A stretch of DNA of 64,000 bases from Candidatus Saccharimonadota bacterium (GTDB lineage Bacteria > Patescibacteriota > Saccharimonadia > Saccharimonadales > Saccharimonadaceae). The notes beneath the pieces are model-generated. The model saw only the letters and a list, made by a program, of their open reading frames with translations. It did no database searches and was not told where the DNA came from. Below are positions 63,986 through 64,000 of this stretch, in pieces. Each line of letters begins with the position of its first letter. Positions within the stretch are counted from its first letter, which is position 1. The stretch is from contig JBAXHQ010000001.1 in the NCBI GenBank assembly GCA_037138815.1, positions 35,407 to 99,406 on the forward strand. Direction: 5' to 3'. A program made the translations under genes and the position numbers.

Positions 63986-64000
63986 ATTACCTCGCGAATT

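Noticed and set aside
1-64000. A search for CRISPR arrays, IS elements, integrases, prophage genes and rRNA.
   Set aside because: I saw no regularly spaced direct repeats. No transposase, integrase or recombinase motifs appear in any ORF over 60 aa. I found no rRNA-like conserved stretches. The only repeat families are the 18-mer pair, the tRNA-Glu duplication and the three cassettes at 54.7-56.0 kb.

Overview
This is a gene-dense, AT-rich bacterial chromosomal segment with about 60 credible CDS and one intact tRNA. I saw no rRNA, CRISPR array, transposase or integrase. The content looks like a reduced-genome Patescibacteria/CPR organism, plausibly Saccharibacteria-like, but that taxonomic call is inference only. 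Supporting traits are short-form EF-Ts and ProRS, many ATGA/TAATG-coupled genes, a type IV pilin, FtsEX next to a coiled-coil CHAP hydrolase, receiver-only response regulators, an unframeshifted RF2 and no biosynthetic operons. Positions 1-45.8 kb are almost all + strand. They carry rpsB-tsf-frr-uppS-rseP, proS, greA, lysS, a MacB-type ABC pair, serS, hpf, secA, an M16 peptidase, murD, prfB, a pilin, ftsE-ftsX-CHAP hydrolase-ctpA, xseAB, a sensorless two-component pair coupled to recO, and glyQS. They also carry rnhA, a DUF4868(KwaB)-like/HD/PIF1-like helicase/yvcK operon and a partial dcw cluster (mraZ-rsmH-ftsL-ftsI-mraY-ftsW-murG-ftsQ). After a 770-bp non-coding gap the orientation flips, and 46.6-64 kb is almost all - strand. 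That half carries a Nudix-like protein, a VirD4/TraG-like ATPase, a sigma-region-4/HARE-HTH protein, topA, dprA, pth, der, a pseudouridine synthase, a PAS histidine kinase with a proline-rich receiver protein, orphan genes and tRNA-Glu. The loci most worth a second look are these. (1) At 63.78-63.99 kb, a T-arm-less tRNA-Glu-like copy with a compensated acceptor stem is fused to a GC-rich, highly structured ~140-nt spacer. (2) At 54.7-56.0 kb, three tandem paralogous cassettes share promoters, palindromes, covarying 5'/3' complementarity and 3' elements; the first is an ORF-less ~250-nt structured RNA. (3) The 45.8-46.6 kb non-coding gap is bracketed by a perfect 18-bp (7-4-7) direct repeat, and one copy sits in a dif-like 28-mer. 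(4) The KwaB-like/HD/helicase operon. (5) The dprA-topA-HARE-VirD4-like-Nudix-like gene string. I could not run any database search or RNA fold, so every family assignment rests on motifs read by eye.
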